Positions 1-13,034 of a DNA stretch of 64,000 nt are shown here, in pieces. Below the pieces are notes generated by a model. It worked only from the letters and a program-made list of their open reading frames with translations. It was not told where the DNA came from and did not search any database. A program made the translations under genes and the position numbers. The DNA is from Glaucostegus cemiculus. Taxonomy: Eukaryota. Location: the NCBI GenBank assembly GCA_976551045.1, contig CDPCPM010000151.1, positions 3,100,001 through 3,164,000 on the forward strand, given 5' to 3'. The number at the start of each line of letters is the position of its first letter. The first letter of the stretch is position 1.

Positions 1-1601
1 GATAAAGATAGAGGCAGTGTCGGGTCTCTTAAAGAACATTATTGTGGATGTCCCTGGGGCCAGATGGGATATACCCCAGGTTGCTGAGGGGTGCAATTGA
101 TGAGATTTCTGGAGCCTTGACCAAGATCTTTGTGTCCTTTCTAGACACAGGCAAGGTTGTGGGGGACTGGCGAATAGCTGATGTTGTCCTATTATTCCAG
201 AAGGGAAATAGGGATAATCTTGGAAACTATAGATTGGTGATATCTCATGTCAAAGGTAGGGTAGAATTTATGATTATTTGGAAAACTATAGCCTATTTAG
301 GGACAGACAGCATGACTTTACACAGGGCAGGTCATGTCTTACTAACTTGATTGAGTGTTTTGAGGAGGTGATGAGGGTGATTGAAGAAGGTAGAGCTGTG
401 GATGTTGTCTACATGGATTTTAGTAAGGCATTTAACAAGGTCCCTCCTGGGAGGCTCATCCAGAAGATTAAGATGATGGGATCCATGGTGAATTGGCCAT
501 TTGGATTCAGCATTGGCTTGCCCATAGAAGACAGAGGGCAGTGGTCAACAGGACATATTCTGGCTAGAGGTCCATGACTAGTGGTGTTCTGCAATGATCC
601 ATAATGGGATTTCTGCTGTTTATGATATATATATAAATGACCTGGATGAAAATATAGAGGGTGGGTTAGTATGTACGCAGACGATACAAAGGTTGGTGGT
701 GTTGTGGATAACGTAGAAGATTGTCAAAGGATGCAGCAGGGTACAGATCAGTTGTAGATATGGGTGGAGAAATGACAGATGTACTTTAATCCAGCCAAAT
801 ATGAGGTGTTCCACTTCGGGAGATCTAATATAAAGGGACACTGCACTGTTATGTGGCAAGACTCTTAACAGTGTTGACGTACAGAGAAAACTCGGGGTCC
901 AAGTCCATAGCTCCCTGAAAGGAGCTGCACAGGTTGATAGGGTGGTTAAGAAGGCATATGGCATACTTGCCTTTATTAGTCAAGGCACCGAGTTCAAGAG
1001 TCAGGAGTTTATGTTGCAGTTTTACTAAACTCTACTGGGGCTGCATCTGGAGTATTGCATTCAATTCTAGTTGCTGCATCATAAGAATGATGTGGAGGCT
1101 TTGGAGATGGTGCAGAAGAGGTTTGCCAGGATGCTGCCTGGATTGCAGGGCATGTGCTATAAGGAGAGGTTGGACAAACTGGGATTGATTTCTTGCTGGA
1201 GGCTGAGGGAATCTGATTGAGGTTTATAAAATTATGAAAGGTTTAGATTGAGTAGACATTTGGTATCTTTTTCCCAGGATCAAAATGTCTAATACTAGAG
1301 GGCATTCATTTAAGGTGAAGGAGGGTAAATTCAAAGGACATGTGCAGGGCAAGTTTTTTTTTAAATATACAGAGACTGGCTTGTGCCTGGAATACGCTGC
1401 CAGGGGTGGTGGTGCAGGCAAATATAAATAAAGCCATTTAAGAAGCCTTTAGATAGGCACACGAGTGTGCAGAGAATGGAGGGATAGGGACACTGTGTAG
1501 GCAGAAGGGATTAGTTTAGTTAGGCATTTAATTACTAGTTTCATTAGTTTGGCATAACATCATAGGCTGAAGGGCCTGTTCCTGTGCTGTGTTCTATGTT
1601 C
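1..1601 (+). mobile_element. CR1-clade (HER1-like) LINE, decayed ORF2 RT region plus 3' UTR
   Basis: Frameshifted ORFs give GPDGIYPRLL, GRSCLTNLIE, YMDFSKAFNKVP and YADDTK (tacgcagacgatacaaag ~674). Ends in the shark CR1 tail ggctgaagggcctgttcctgtgctgt..tctatgttc. Confidence 0.95.
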
Positions 1602-3770
1602 CTGATTGTGGACATTCACACAATGATACACACCTGATCAAACAGACCACTGAATGCTGCCACACTTACTTACATATATTGCAATGCTAGCTTTTCTTTC
1701 AAGAGACAGTGAAATTAGTTTAGCAATATTTACAAATGTACAAGTTTAACCAATTCACTAGGTTTTGAAATCTGATTTTTATAACCTTACTGGCCCTGGC
1801 CAATAAGCTTTCAAATTGGAACAGGAGATCACTGAGAACCTTGAGTCCATTCATCAGGGGCACAAGAAAGTGCAGTGTAAACTCATCACCTTTCAAGCTA
1901 TGCTCTTTTCAAACACCTTCCTGTCTCATATGTGGCAAAGTCTGTGGATGCTACATTGGCCTCATCAGCTGCCCTACAACCCACAGACTGGAATGCAAGC
2001 AAATCACCTTGTTCCTGGGAGGGAGGAGGGAAGAGGAGGACGATGAGAGGTTAATTGTGTTGATCTTGGAGACTCAATAGATATAGTTAGTTCAGTATTG
2101 AATGTTGAATCATTGCCCAACAAGAAACTCACCCACATTTTTCTGTTTGTGGAATGGCCGCATTGACAATTTCCATATTGGAGTGATCCTGCCTGTGGCT
2201 GTGATCCGGTATCTTGGGTTACTGTGCAGTTACCAGCCAGTTCTTGCAGATCCTTGATTGTGCCAGAATAATAAACAATGCAATAGGTACTGCCTTGATG
2301 TTGAAGACGCCTGAGTGTTTCAAGTGAAGTTTATCTTGCAGAAATGCTGATGCGCAGAAGACTCAGGACACATCTGAGTCTGGTTCAGCTGTGAAGCTGG
2401 AAGAAAGGCAGTTGAAACAAAGCAAACAACGTGGCACCTGCTACACAGGAAAGAGATTCAGTTACATAATAAGATGCTCTGAGCTACTGTCTTGATGTTG
2501 GAGATGCCTGAATGTTTCAAAGTAAAGATCCTTATCCTGTTGCTTAGTTAAGTATATCTATTCCATGACTACTTTTGAAGCAGCTATGGTTTCTAAACAA
2601 CTCATAACATGTACAATGGAAAAACCTCATCATTCAAATACGTGTCCAAATTAGTGTTTTAGAACCAGTGTCCTGAAAAATAGCCATGTGGTGGAAAACT
2701 GCAATTTTTTATGTTGACTTTTCTCTTTCAGCCCCAATACCCCCATATTTTACTGTGCGATTAACATTGGTGCAAACTTGTTTCAAACTGACAATAACTG
2801 TATGCTGTATAAGTCAGGTATCAAGATCTATACCAATTCCAAGGTGAAGCCAATTGACTTTGCTTCTTTCAGAGATACTTACTCTGCTTGCTTCATGTCA
2901 TGTTAGGTCCACGCTCCAGAGTCAGATTGTGGAGATAATAGGAGCATCAATGCTGAATAAGACTGTTATATGTCAGAAAAAAAACTTGTGCATTAATAAT
3001 AATAATGCTCGATATTTTGTCATATTTCAACAGATCCTATAATTAGCCATTGCTTTTAAGATTTAATTAATCTGAAGCATTGTTCAATGAATTGAATAAA
3101 TTTGTGCCCAAGTTTATGAGCTGGCTGTTCCAGTTCTCTTGTTCCTCACAAGTAACTACTAATGTGTTGATTGTCTTTAGGATGTAAGCTATGTCAGGAG
3201 GTTTGATAATTATTTTACAGCCACAGAGACATTGGTAACTGAATGCTGAACATTACAAGATTTTAAACCACTATTGATTGCCTGATTTGTGCACACATTG
3301 TAAACAAATTTATTATTCCCTTAGTTCCAGTCTAAGTTTGGACATTTTTCATTTGGTATGAATATTTGGCCTCAGCAGCAGAAAAGTTGCAATTATGAAT
3401 ATGGCCACATAATTATGGATAAATAGGATAATTAGAGTAACATTATAGCAACTACACATTCACAAGGCACAGACAAAGGCAAACTGGATGAGTATTTAAT
3501 AATAGTTCATTGGCCATTTCAGTCCTGAGCCCACCACTGTAAATTCCAGCACCACTGAGGCCCTAAAGGTCTGAAGCTGCCTGGCTCTGAGGTCTTGTAG
3601 CCAAGGGTGATCAGGGACTAGTGTCAGTGGGAAGAGTGATGTGAACTGACTTGGGTCTGGGATTGGATTGATTGAGGAGTGTTTGGAAGGAACACAATCA
3701 TGGATGGTGATCAGGAATGTGGCAGTGGGTGTAGGAAGATGGGAATTGGGAGAGGAGTGATAGGACAGCA

Positions 3771-4095
3771 AAGAACACTACAGCACAGTACAGGCCCTTC
3801 AGCCCACAATGTTGTGCCAACATTTTATCCTGTTCTAAAACCTATCTAACATTTCCCTCCCACACAGCCACCTATTTTTCTATCATTCATGTGTCTATCT
3901 AAGAATCTCCTAAATGTCCCTAATGTATCTGCCCCCACAACCTCTGCTGACAGTGTGTTCCACACACCCACCATTCTCTGTGTAAAAAAATGTACCTCTG
4001 ACATCCCCCTTATACCTTCCTCCAATCACCTTAAAATTATGTCCCCTCGTAATAGCCATTATCGCCCTGGGAAAAAGTCACTGACTGTCCACTCA
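3771..4095 (-). mobile_element. CR1 LINE 3' fragment
   Basis: Reverse complement of the same CR1 tail (acagcacagtacaggcccttcagcccac) and ORF2 C-terminus; closely similar to 43556-43872. Confidence 0.9.
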
Positions 4096-4475
4096 ATGTT
4101 GAAGACTTTGAACATGAGCTTCAAGTGGTTGGGGTTGTGAAGTCCAGAGCGAATGGAGGGTGGTCAGAAAGATCAAAGGTTCAGAAGCGCAAGAGTCAAG
4201 GGGTAGGTGATTTGTTGGGAAGGGTAGTAAATGGATGCAAGTCCCAGTTATTAAACACGGCTGTCCTGGAATGGCCAGTACTGGCAGCTCCCAGAAAAAT
4301 ATGGTCCCATTTCCCCTGCAGACCTCCAGGAGGAAAATTTCCAGAGTGATGCCGATCACTTTGTACATTGTTACTATGCAGTTACACATCAGGGGGAAAA
4401 GGAAAAGATTACTTGCTTGCATAATTCTGGAATAAAGACATTTGTAGGCAATTGAAATTCTAGACATATGTTTTA

Positions 4476-4713
4476 GGGTGGCATGGTAGCATAGCGGCTA
4501 GCGCAATGCTATTACAGCACCAGTGTTCAGGGTATAATTCCCGTCGCTGACTGTAAGGAGTTTGTACCTTCTCCCCGTGTCTATGTGGATTTCCTCTGGG
4601 TGCTCCAGTTTCCTTCCACATTCCAAAGATGTACTGATAGGTTAACATGTGTTTAAATGGGCAGCGCAGACTCGTTGGGCCAGAAGGACCTGTTGCTGTG
4701 CTGTGTAAATTAA
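4476..4713 (+). mobile_element. tRNA-derived V-SINE (HE1-like) with CR1-type tail
   Basis: Head with A/B-box-like motifs, V domain (ggatttcctctgggtgctccagtttccttccacattccaaaga) and tail gggccagaaggacctgttgctgtgctgt. Confidence 0.9.
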
Positions 4714-4765
4714 GTTTTACTTACACTACCAAAGCATTATCTGGAATATCTATCTCAGAGTGACA

Positions 4766-5405
4766 GAAACACAAGAAAACAGGTGCAGAAGTTGGCCACC
4801 AGGACCCTCAAGTCTGCCCCACCATTCAATATGATCAAGGCTGATCTCTGTTGCCTTATCTCTTCTGTGCTAGTTCCCCATAACCCTCAAATGCACAATA
4901 TTAAATATATCTGATGATTTGGCCTCCATCACCCTCGGGAGTGGAGAATTCCAGAGATTCACTGTTTCCTGAGAGGACAAATTTCTACACACCTCAGTTT
5001 AAAATGACCAGACCCTTATTTTGCACCCATGTCTCCTTGTTCGTGACTCTCCCACCAATTAAAACATTTCAACGTCTACCCTGCCAAGCCCTTTAGGATC
5101 TTGTACATTTGAATAAAGTCACTCCTCATTCATGAAAACTCAAGAGACACAAGAAATGCTGCAGATGCTGGAATCTGGAGCAATACACAAAAAGTGCTGG
5201 AGGTACTCAGCAGGTCAGGTAGCATCCATGGAGGGAAATAAACAGTAGACATTTCAGGCCAAGACCCTTCATCAGGACTCTCAGGAATACTCAAGCTGTC
5301 CAGCCTCTCTTGATAGGACAACCCTCTCATCCCAGGAATTAACCCAGTAAAACTCTTTAGAACTACTTCCAATGCTACTATAACCCCTTTAGGTAAGGGG
5401 ACCAT
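4766..5405 (-). mobile_element. CR1 LINE 3' fragment interrupted by a hammerhead-bearing repeat
   Basis: Minus-strand translation includes FTGLIPGMRGLSYQERLDSL (CR1 ORF2 C-terminus); interrupted at ~5143-5279. Confidence 0.85.
5143..5279 (-). ncRNA. Penelope-like non-autonomous repeat with minimal hammerhead ribozyme (copy A)
   Basis: Minus strand 5279-5243 reads AGTC-CTGATGA-AGGGTCTTGGCCT-GAAA-TG-TC-TACTG, followed by the family tail gatgctacctgacctgctgagtacctccagcac. Confidence 0.75.
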
Positions 5406-5754
5406 ACTGTGCCTTCAAGATCCTACATCTTGAAGAAATGCACAATCCTATATAATCAGTCAGTACTTTCATTGGTTCCTAAAGCTGCACCCTTCATTAA
5501 AAATTAGTTGCTATTCTGACGTCTGTTTTCCTGTTTCAGTTGTTTATTTGTACAGTAATATTGGTTTGAGCTCACTTCCTGCACAAAATGAACTGATGCC
5601 TGTTAAAGAATAGAGCCTTTGAATTAGACACATGATAATAGATAGAAATCCAACCACATGGGGTGATGGAAAGAGGCTTTCAGTCAACAATTTCAGTTGC
5701 CTTCGAATTCTACATTTCAATTAAGTTGCAGCTGGTCAATACCTCAATACCATT

Positions 5755-6027
5755 TACTCACCTTTGCTAAAGAACCTTTGATGCACTCACTGAAAATCTA
5801 CCAACATATCTTGAAAATCTTAGCTGATCCAGCCTTCTGGTGGATTGACTTTCAGACTTCAAGTGTTTTGAAAGGTGCTTCCAGATTTCATCTCTAAATG
5901 ATCTAGCTAGTTTTCAAGATTGTTTTTTTTCACTGTGGACTCACCTACAATAGGAAATTGTTTCTCTGTATCTACTCCACCATATCCCCTCATTACTTTA
6001 AAGATCCAAATACAATCATCACTCAAA
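5755..6027 (-). mobile_element. Old, highly diverged CR1 3' fragment
   Basis: Residual similarity to the other minus-strand CR1 ends (aaaatctacc..., gtttctctgtatctactc). Confidence 0.55.
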
Positions 6028-9000
6028 GCGCACTTTGAAATATTGCTGCAGCAAAGCCTCTTAATGTGAAACAAACCATGAACTAGAATGAAATAGCACC
6101 TTATACAATTAAATTACTGCTCACTGCACTGTGGAAACTCTGGGCACTGATTTCTCATTGTTTACCTATTAAATAACAAAGCAAACCAGTGTCTTGAGTT
6201 ACAAAGCATTTAGGGAAAATGAGCCCATCTGTGGCTATTAAGGCTACTTGGGTGGTTAAGTATAGGTCAATTAATTCCATCTACCAGCTCAGCACTAAAA
6301 GAACTTAGAACATTTTATGTGTATTAATTTACCACAAGTGGGAATTAAAACTACTCAATGGAACATGGAATGCAACTGTGCAAATTAAACATTTTAACAA
6401 CAGAAATGAGACGATTTGGTTCTTGGTACAAAGTCACACAACATTTCCATTTTAGTGAATTTTATTCAAACTATTTATTGGGGAGCAGATTAGCCAAAAT
6501 TGCAGATAGCACAACAGTTATTATTAGCATCTCCAGGGATGCATCTCCTGTTATTACCAGCCTTTTCTCTTGTAACGTGTTTCCCTTGGGCATAGAGTTT
6601 TCAGTATACTTACATTGCAGGACAGCAACAGCAGACATGCAAACATCATGATGGCAGTACGGACATTGATATAGAATCATATGACAGCATGACAAGATTT
6701 TACGTGACTGCATTATGTTATTGCCATATTGACTGTTTCATATTTAGTGTAATTTCAACAAACTTTAAAGAGCTTTTTAAACTGAAGCGTTCATTTTGTT
6801 ACTTTTACAATAATGCATATTTCAGAACATTAATCTTCCAAACCACCAAAGAACCACTCACACATACTTTTATATTTTTGTTTTTCAGTGTTGTTTCAAA
6901 TTGGACAGATTTACAAAACAGAAACTTTTTAATATTTCTATTTTGAGGCATTATTTAAGTTAAAAAATACTGAGTTTTGATAATTCATTTACTGTTTTTA
7001 GACCAGCAGTTTCTGACTTATTATCTATGCACCATATCCACGCTGCTTGGGGATATGAAAACATATTGAAATGAAATTTGATTATAAAAAGGCCAAGGAG
7101 AAAGAAAATATCTAATATTGAAATAATTGTGAGAGTTAAATTCACAATGGCCAAATTCAGACAGTTCTTAAATCCTTTGTAGATTATATAAGATATATAA
7201 CATTTGCAGATTATCTTCTTCAAGTAAAATAGTGGGTAGCAGCATGAAATCTTCAAGCCAATGCATAAAATCACCTCTAATGTCATATATAAATAGATAA
7301 AGCAAAAGGCAAAAGCAGATGGGAAAAAGATGGAGATTTTTTTTCAGTGTCTCTTGTACTTCGTCAGAAAAAAGCTTTGGAGCCTTCAATGCTGTGCACA
7401 GTGTTATGATAGGTTTCTAATTCATGAGCTCTATTTCCACTTCTGGGCGGAAACTTGACAAAGTAAATATCTGACCTCTATGCGACTGATAGTGGAAAGG
7501 CTTGACCAATTATAGCAGTCCCCACCCAACAGGCTTTTGAGAACTTTCCAATCGAAGTGAATGGGCAAACTTTTTTGAAACAGCTACCCAGCAGTTAAAT
7601 TCAGACATCGCGATGACTCGTGTCGTCACTTCTAACACAGGAAAATTTAAATTAATCATTAATCATCTTGCTGACCCTAGCTGTCGTTTGTGGCACGTCA
7701 ATATCGAAGCTGATGTTCAGGTTTGGTTTCAATACCAGATCAAGTCAATTACATCATTTGAGCTTTATTTGTATTCTTCAGGCTTTGAAGTTAAAACTAC
7801 AGTAACCATTTGGGTCAGAAAATGATTACTGAGCCCCTTGTTGGATTTTTAATGCATGCCACCTACCTCCCCCCACCCTCCATGCCCTCCAATACCTACC
7901 TGATCTTGCCACACAGAGGAAGTGAAAACTGAGACCTCTCAGGAGTTGAGTCTTCAGAATGAATGCAACACTAGAATATAGAGCTGATCAGTGTACTAGC
8001 AATGAGTTGGCAAAGAGTGTGAGCAAGAAAAATAAATAAATAAGACCAGGGAGCAGTCAGGGAAAGCTACCAGAGGCCAAACCCTGAAAATCCAAGTGGA
8101 AATAAACAATACAGTGTTAGTCAGTTTTAAGTTGAAAGTATTAAAAACACATACATTGCCATATTAAAACATACCTCTCTACCTTTGCTTTCTTCCACAC
8201 ATGTAGCTGAAGGGTTGAGCCATTTGTACCACCCTGCTTGAATATTGGACTGTAGCTAAGTGATTGTCTGACCTTTTAATGATCCTTCTCCTTTGGGTCG
8301 TGGCTTGGCCTCCAATTCATACTCCCCAGAGGAGATTGACAAGTCTGTTGTGGTGCAAACTGGTTTTCCTCTCATCCATGACGAATTATAATCAATTGGC
8401 CAAAAGTTTCATTATTTTGCATTTTGCTGACAAAATATTCAATACAAAGTCAAATTCAAAGACCGTGTATGTCAGATGCTGACAAAAGCTGTCTGGACGT
8501 AATTCCTGATGTGCTGCAGCTCTGGAAGATGAAAGAGCATCAATATTGTTTGCTCTTTACAGATGTGTGTTTTTCAATTCAGATGCCCGTCATTTCAGAA
8601 GCTTGAAATCCTATTACATAAAACTTCACAGTTTTCCCCTTGAAATGTTTAACTTCACCAGCATTAAAGATTAAGAAGTTATAAAAATAAATCAGCTGAA
8701 AATGTGTTACATTTTCAATCTTTAACAAGTAACTTACGGCTTATGCAAAGTGTCTGTAATTATTCAAGAGAATTAGGAACACTACATTTCACAGTGTTGA
8801 CTCAGACAATGATGTATGTATTAACTGCATTAAATTTACTTCTCTGAACAGAATGCTCCATTTTACCTAACACTGCCTTCTGCCTGGCTTAAGTTGCACA
8901 TGATCCACAATAATAAAAAGTGCAGCAATGTTTTCAAAGCACATCATGAAAAATGTACTTAATAGATGCTAAATATTCAAAAGAATATAAGATGGACTCT

Positions 9001-9162
9001 GTATTGCATTTCTTGTTGAATTTTCTTAATACTAAGAGAAAACCATCTAATGTTTATTCAGTCTGTCCATGAAATCTGTGTGGCAATGTTTTCACATCTG
9101 CATTTTCACTTGCAGGTAATTAAAAAAATACTTTTGGCATGGTGTTCTTTCCAGGAAGGTTA

Positions 9163-9290
9163 ACTCAGATGAAATATCATTGACCTGAAATGCTAAATCC
9201 ATTTACCTTTCCACAGATGCTGCCGAATCTGCTAAATGTTGCCCAGAATTTTCTGTCCTTATTTCAAATTTCTAAAATCCACCGTGTGTT
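9163..9290 (+). mobile_element. Hammerhead-bearing Penelope-like repeat, degenerate (copy B)
   Basis: CAGATGA-AATATCATTGACCT-GAAA-TG-CT followed by ccacagatgctgccgaatctgct; homologous to 59265 and 63632. Confidence 0.6.
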
Positions 9291-10673
9291 TCTTTATTTT
9301 TTCTGACTTTGATATATGACTATCATATTTTAAGAATACGTCTGCCAAATATGCTTCTGACACTTTCTGTGACATCCAATGGAACTGTGACAAGGACAAA
9401 ATGTGCCAGGATAAAATACAAGGAACTTCCATCCAGCTTTGTGCCATTTCCTGCCACAACATCATTGCCAGGGTATCTTGCCACTAGTGCTCTGACAGAG
9501 AGCAAAATTACTGATTTCATATAACATATCTTCAGTACAGAGAGCACTAAGTTTATAACACAAATGCTCCTTTAGCTGTTTTCAGTGTTAAATAACAACT
9601 TTGAACAGTGGGATTCAGAAGCCTTATATAAAGTAGGTGTGCAAACGTAATTAAGTGATTATAAATTCTGTAGAAATTACTGTTAATTTAAAATTAAACA
9701 CAACTCGTGCCAATAATTGAACACAGTATATATTATAGCCTCAGTGATCAGCAAAGCCTCTATCAGAGTCATTATTTTCTGCTTCTGCATTGATTTATTT
9801 TTAAATTACTGTAATAATGTAATTCTTTCCAGCCCAGCAGGTTCTTTTCTGCAGAAATATCACAATGAGATTAATCCAATGAACAACTTACTGATGATGA
9901 ACTCCTACCATCTGGCTAAACAGCACACACACTGTCACTTTTGACCTACCTAGTCAATCGAGGGTTAACTTTAAGAAGGTTTTCTATTGGTGTACAGTTG
10001 ACCCCAGCAGGCTTGTATTGTAGGTGATGCAGTTGTCGTGCACAACATGGTTCATTCCTTTTAGAACATTGAAATGTTCCATCAGACATTGTAGGAAACA
10101 TATTGCTGTAGTGAAAAATAAAATTTATAGTTCATTAAATCTGAACCAATAACGTCTGCAGAGTGTAAACAGTTACCATCTGTTACCCCAGTGGTACCTT
10201 ATGTTAAATGCCAGCCCAGACAAGAGAGAGGAAGCAATATTACCAGCATGGGTGAATGGATTAATGCCATCTATTGCAATGATTGAGGAAAAGCTACAAG
10301 AATCTGTGTTCAACTCAGTGGGATGTTTTCTCCTTCATTCTCTGTACATTCTGAGTAGTCTCAAGTAAGCCAGTGTTATTACTGTGTATTACCAAAGCTG
10401 TAAAATCCAGATTGTTCTGACACTTCTAACTTCACTCTCACTTTAGGGTTACAAATTTTGGGCCAATTCCATGATGTTAAGAAATGTGCCTAAATATTTA
10501 TCCCAGTATGGTAGTGCTGAATATACTAAGCAGTAGTGGCAGAATATTGTACTCAATAAAAGCAGAATTTTGAAGGCAGATTGCAATCCACAGCCACTGC
10601 AATTTAATGCTTAGTCCTGCCTACTGGGAAAGAGCTTCCAGGCAAAAACCTAGGCTATTTCAGTGTAATAACT

Positions 10674-11770
10674 TCAACCCTCTGTAGCCATTTTTGATCC
10701 TGCACATTGGAGCCTCCATACCACGTGGTGATGAAACCAGTCAGAATGCTCTCCATCATATATCTGTAGAAATTTGTAAGAGTCTTTGGTGACATACCAA
10801 ATCTCATCAAACTCCTAATGAAGTAGGCCTGCTGGTGTGCCTTCTTTGTGATTGCATCAATGTGTTGTGCCCAAGATAGATCCTCCGGAATGTTGATGCT
10901 CAGGAACTTGAAGCTGCTAATCCTTACCACCGCTGAGCCCTCAATGAGGACTGGTGTGTGTTCTCCTGACTTCCCTTTCCTGAAGTCCACTATCAATTCC
11001 TTGGTCTTGCCGACATTGAGTGCAAGGTTGTTGTTGCAATACCACTCAACCAGCCAGTCTATCTCACTTCTGTATGCCTCCTTGGCATTTGAACTGTGTT
11101 TAGCTGCACAGTCATGAGTGTAGAGAGAGTAGAGCAGTGAGCTAAGCATACATCCTTGAGGTGCACCTGTATTGATTGACAGCGAGGAGGAGATGTTATT
11201 ACTGATCAACACTGTCTGTGGTCTCCCAGTAAGGAAGTCAAGGATCCAATTGCAGAGAGAGGTACAGAGGCCCAGGTTTTGAAGCTTGTTCATTAGTACT
11301 GAGGGGATGACGGTGTTGAATGCTGAGCTGTAATCAGTAACAGCAGCCTGACGTATGCTTTGGTGTTGTCTAGGTGCTCCAAAGCCAAGTGGAAAGCCAG
11401 TGAGATTGTGTCAGCTACAGACCTGTTGTGGCGGTAGGCAAATTGCAGCGGGTGCAGGTCTTTGCTCAGGCAGGAGTTAATTTTAACCATGACCAACCTC
11501 TCAAAGCACTTTATCACAGTAGATGTGAGTGTTACCGGGCAGTAGTTGTTGAGCCTGCTCACCCTGCTCTTCTTGGGCACCAGTATTTGAAGCATTTGGA
11601 AACCTCCAAATGCAACAGTGAGAGGTTGAAAGTGTCCTTGAACGCTCCAGCCAGCTGGTCAGCTCAGACTTTCAGCACCCTGATACCTTGCAAGGGTTCA
11701 CCCTCTTGAAGGATGTTCTGACATCGGCCTCCAAGACAGAGATCGCAGGATTGCCAGATGCTATGGGGAT
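10674..11770 (-). mobile_element. Rex1/Babar-clade LINE, RT fragment
   Basis: ORFs 11293..11595 and 10655..11293: [83 protein letters not shown]. Confidence 0.92.
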
Positions 11771-11859
11771 TCACATAGGCATTGTGTTATTCTAAGGCTA
11801 GCATTTTCAGATAAGACATTAAAACAAAGGCCCAATAGCCTTTTCCAGAGATAAACGGA

Positions 11860-12122
11860 ATGCAGAGCGTATATGGAAGAGAATAAGGGAATCCTTCCAT
11901 TATTCTTGTCAATAATCCTCTCTCAGACAATATCATCAAAGCACAAATTAACCAGTCATTGATCTAGTTTGCTGCCTGTGTGATCTAGCTGCATGTAAAT
12001 TGGCTGCTACATTTGTCTGGGATAACAAGAATGACTTTACTTCAACTGTAACTCATGATTGTGAATATCTTAAAATATACAAGTGCCAAGAAAGCAGCAT
12101 ATAAAAGTAGGTCATTTCTTTT
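11860..12122 (+). mobile_element. Old Deu-domain SINE (SacSINE1/AmnSINE1-like)
   Basis: Recalled consensus motifs aaattggctgc, gact..acttcaa and atataaa..agtc.ttc; homologous to 14470, 39383 and 59745. Confidence 0.55.
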
Positions 12123-12327
12123 TAAGTGGAGAAGATTCTAAGACCCACAATAAGTGTCAGGGTGTGACTGTAGTCTCCTAGGCCAATGGCTAGTGTTGGA
12201 TTCATGCACTGCTTCACTCTAGTTGGTGCCACCTTTTGTTAAATAGAAGTCCCATCAGTACAGCACCGAAACGGGACCTTCAGCCCACCACATCCATACC
12301 AACCTTTTTCCCCACCTACACTAATCC

Positions 12328-12817
12328 GGGGTCAGGCAAGAAAGCCCCTCAGGTGTTGTAAATATGGGATTGGGGTATCAGCCCAGGGAGCCACACGGGT
12401 GGCATCGGTGCTGTTTTTTTTTATCTGTACGTATAAAAATGTAACACTAAGAATGGATCTGTACACGAATGTAATGGTGGGAACGGTTTCTCGCATTATT
12501 ATTGTATATAGTTTTGTTTTATGATTAAAGTATATTTTGTAATAAAAAAATTTGGGAAGGATGACAGCCTAGGATTCTTCTGCCACAGGAGAGGAAGGGG
12601 CAGGGTCAGGCAAGGAAGCCCCTCAAATGTTGTAAATATGTGATTGGGGTACCAACCCAGGGAGTCACACGTGTGGCATCAGTGCTGTGTTCTGTACATA
12701 AAAAAAGGTAACACTAAGAATGGAACTGTACACGAATGTAATGGTTTGAACTGTTTTTTTATTATTGTATATAGTTTTTTTTTATCATGAATTAAGTTTA
12801 TTTTGTTTAAAAAAAAT
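12328..12817 (+). mobile_element. Two tandem Tx1/L1-like LINE 3' ends
   Basis: Two homologous units (12328-12550 and 12551-12817), each ending in an AATAAA-like signal and A run. The second starts with LGRMTA-stop, similar to the LWGKAT end of the Tx1-like ORF2 at ~15020. Confidence 0.7.
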
Positions 12818-13034
12818 TTGTCCGCATTAGGAGCATATCCTTCTGTGCCTTGCCTATTTGAGTATCTGTCTAAATGTCTCTTAAACATTGTGATTGTATC
12901 TGAATCCACCACCTCTTCTGGCAGTTTGTTCCAGATATCAGCCACTCTGTATAAAAAAAACCCTCTGATCCCTTTGAAACTCCTTCTTCTCATCTTAAAT
13001 CTAAATCCGCTTGTTTTTGCTACCCCTCTTATAA

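Noticed and set aside
42-1421. Several 60-114 aa ORFs as host genes
   Set aside because: They are frameshifted pieces or antisense frames of one CR1 ORF2.
4476-4550. tRNA gene (also at the other SINE heads)
   Set aside because: tRNA-like A/B boxes continue into the V domain and a LINE tail; these are SINE heads with no full cloverleaf.
12328-12817. CRISPR-like or satellite array
   Set aside because: Only two long units with poly-A ends, no repeat-spacer periodicity, and a eukaryotic context.
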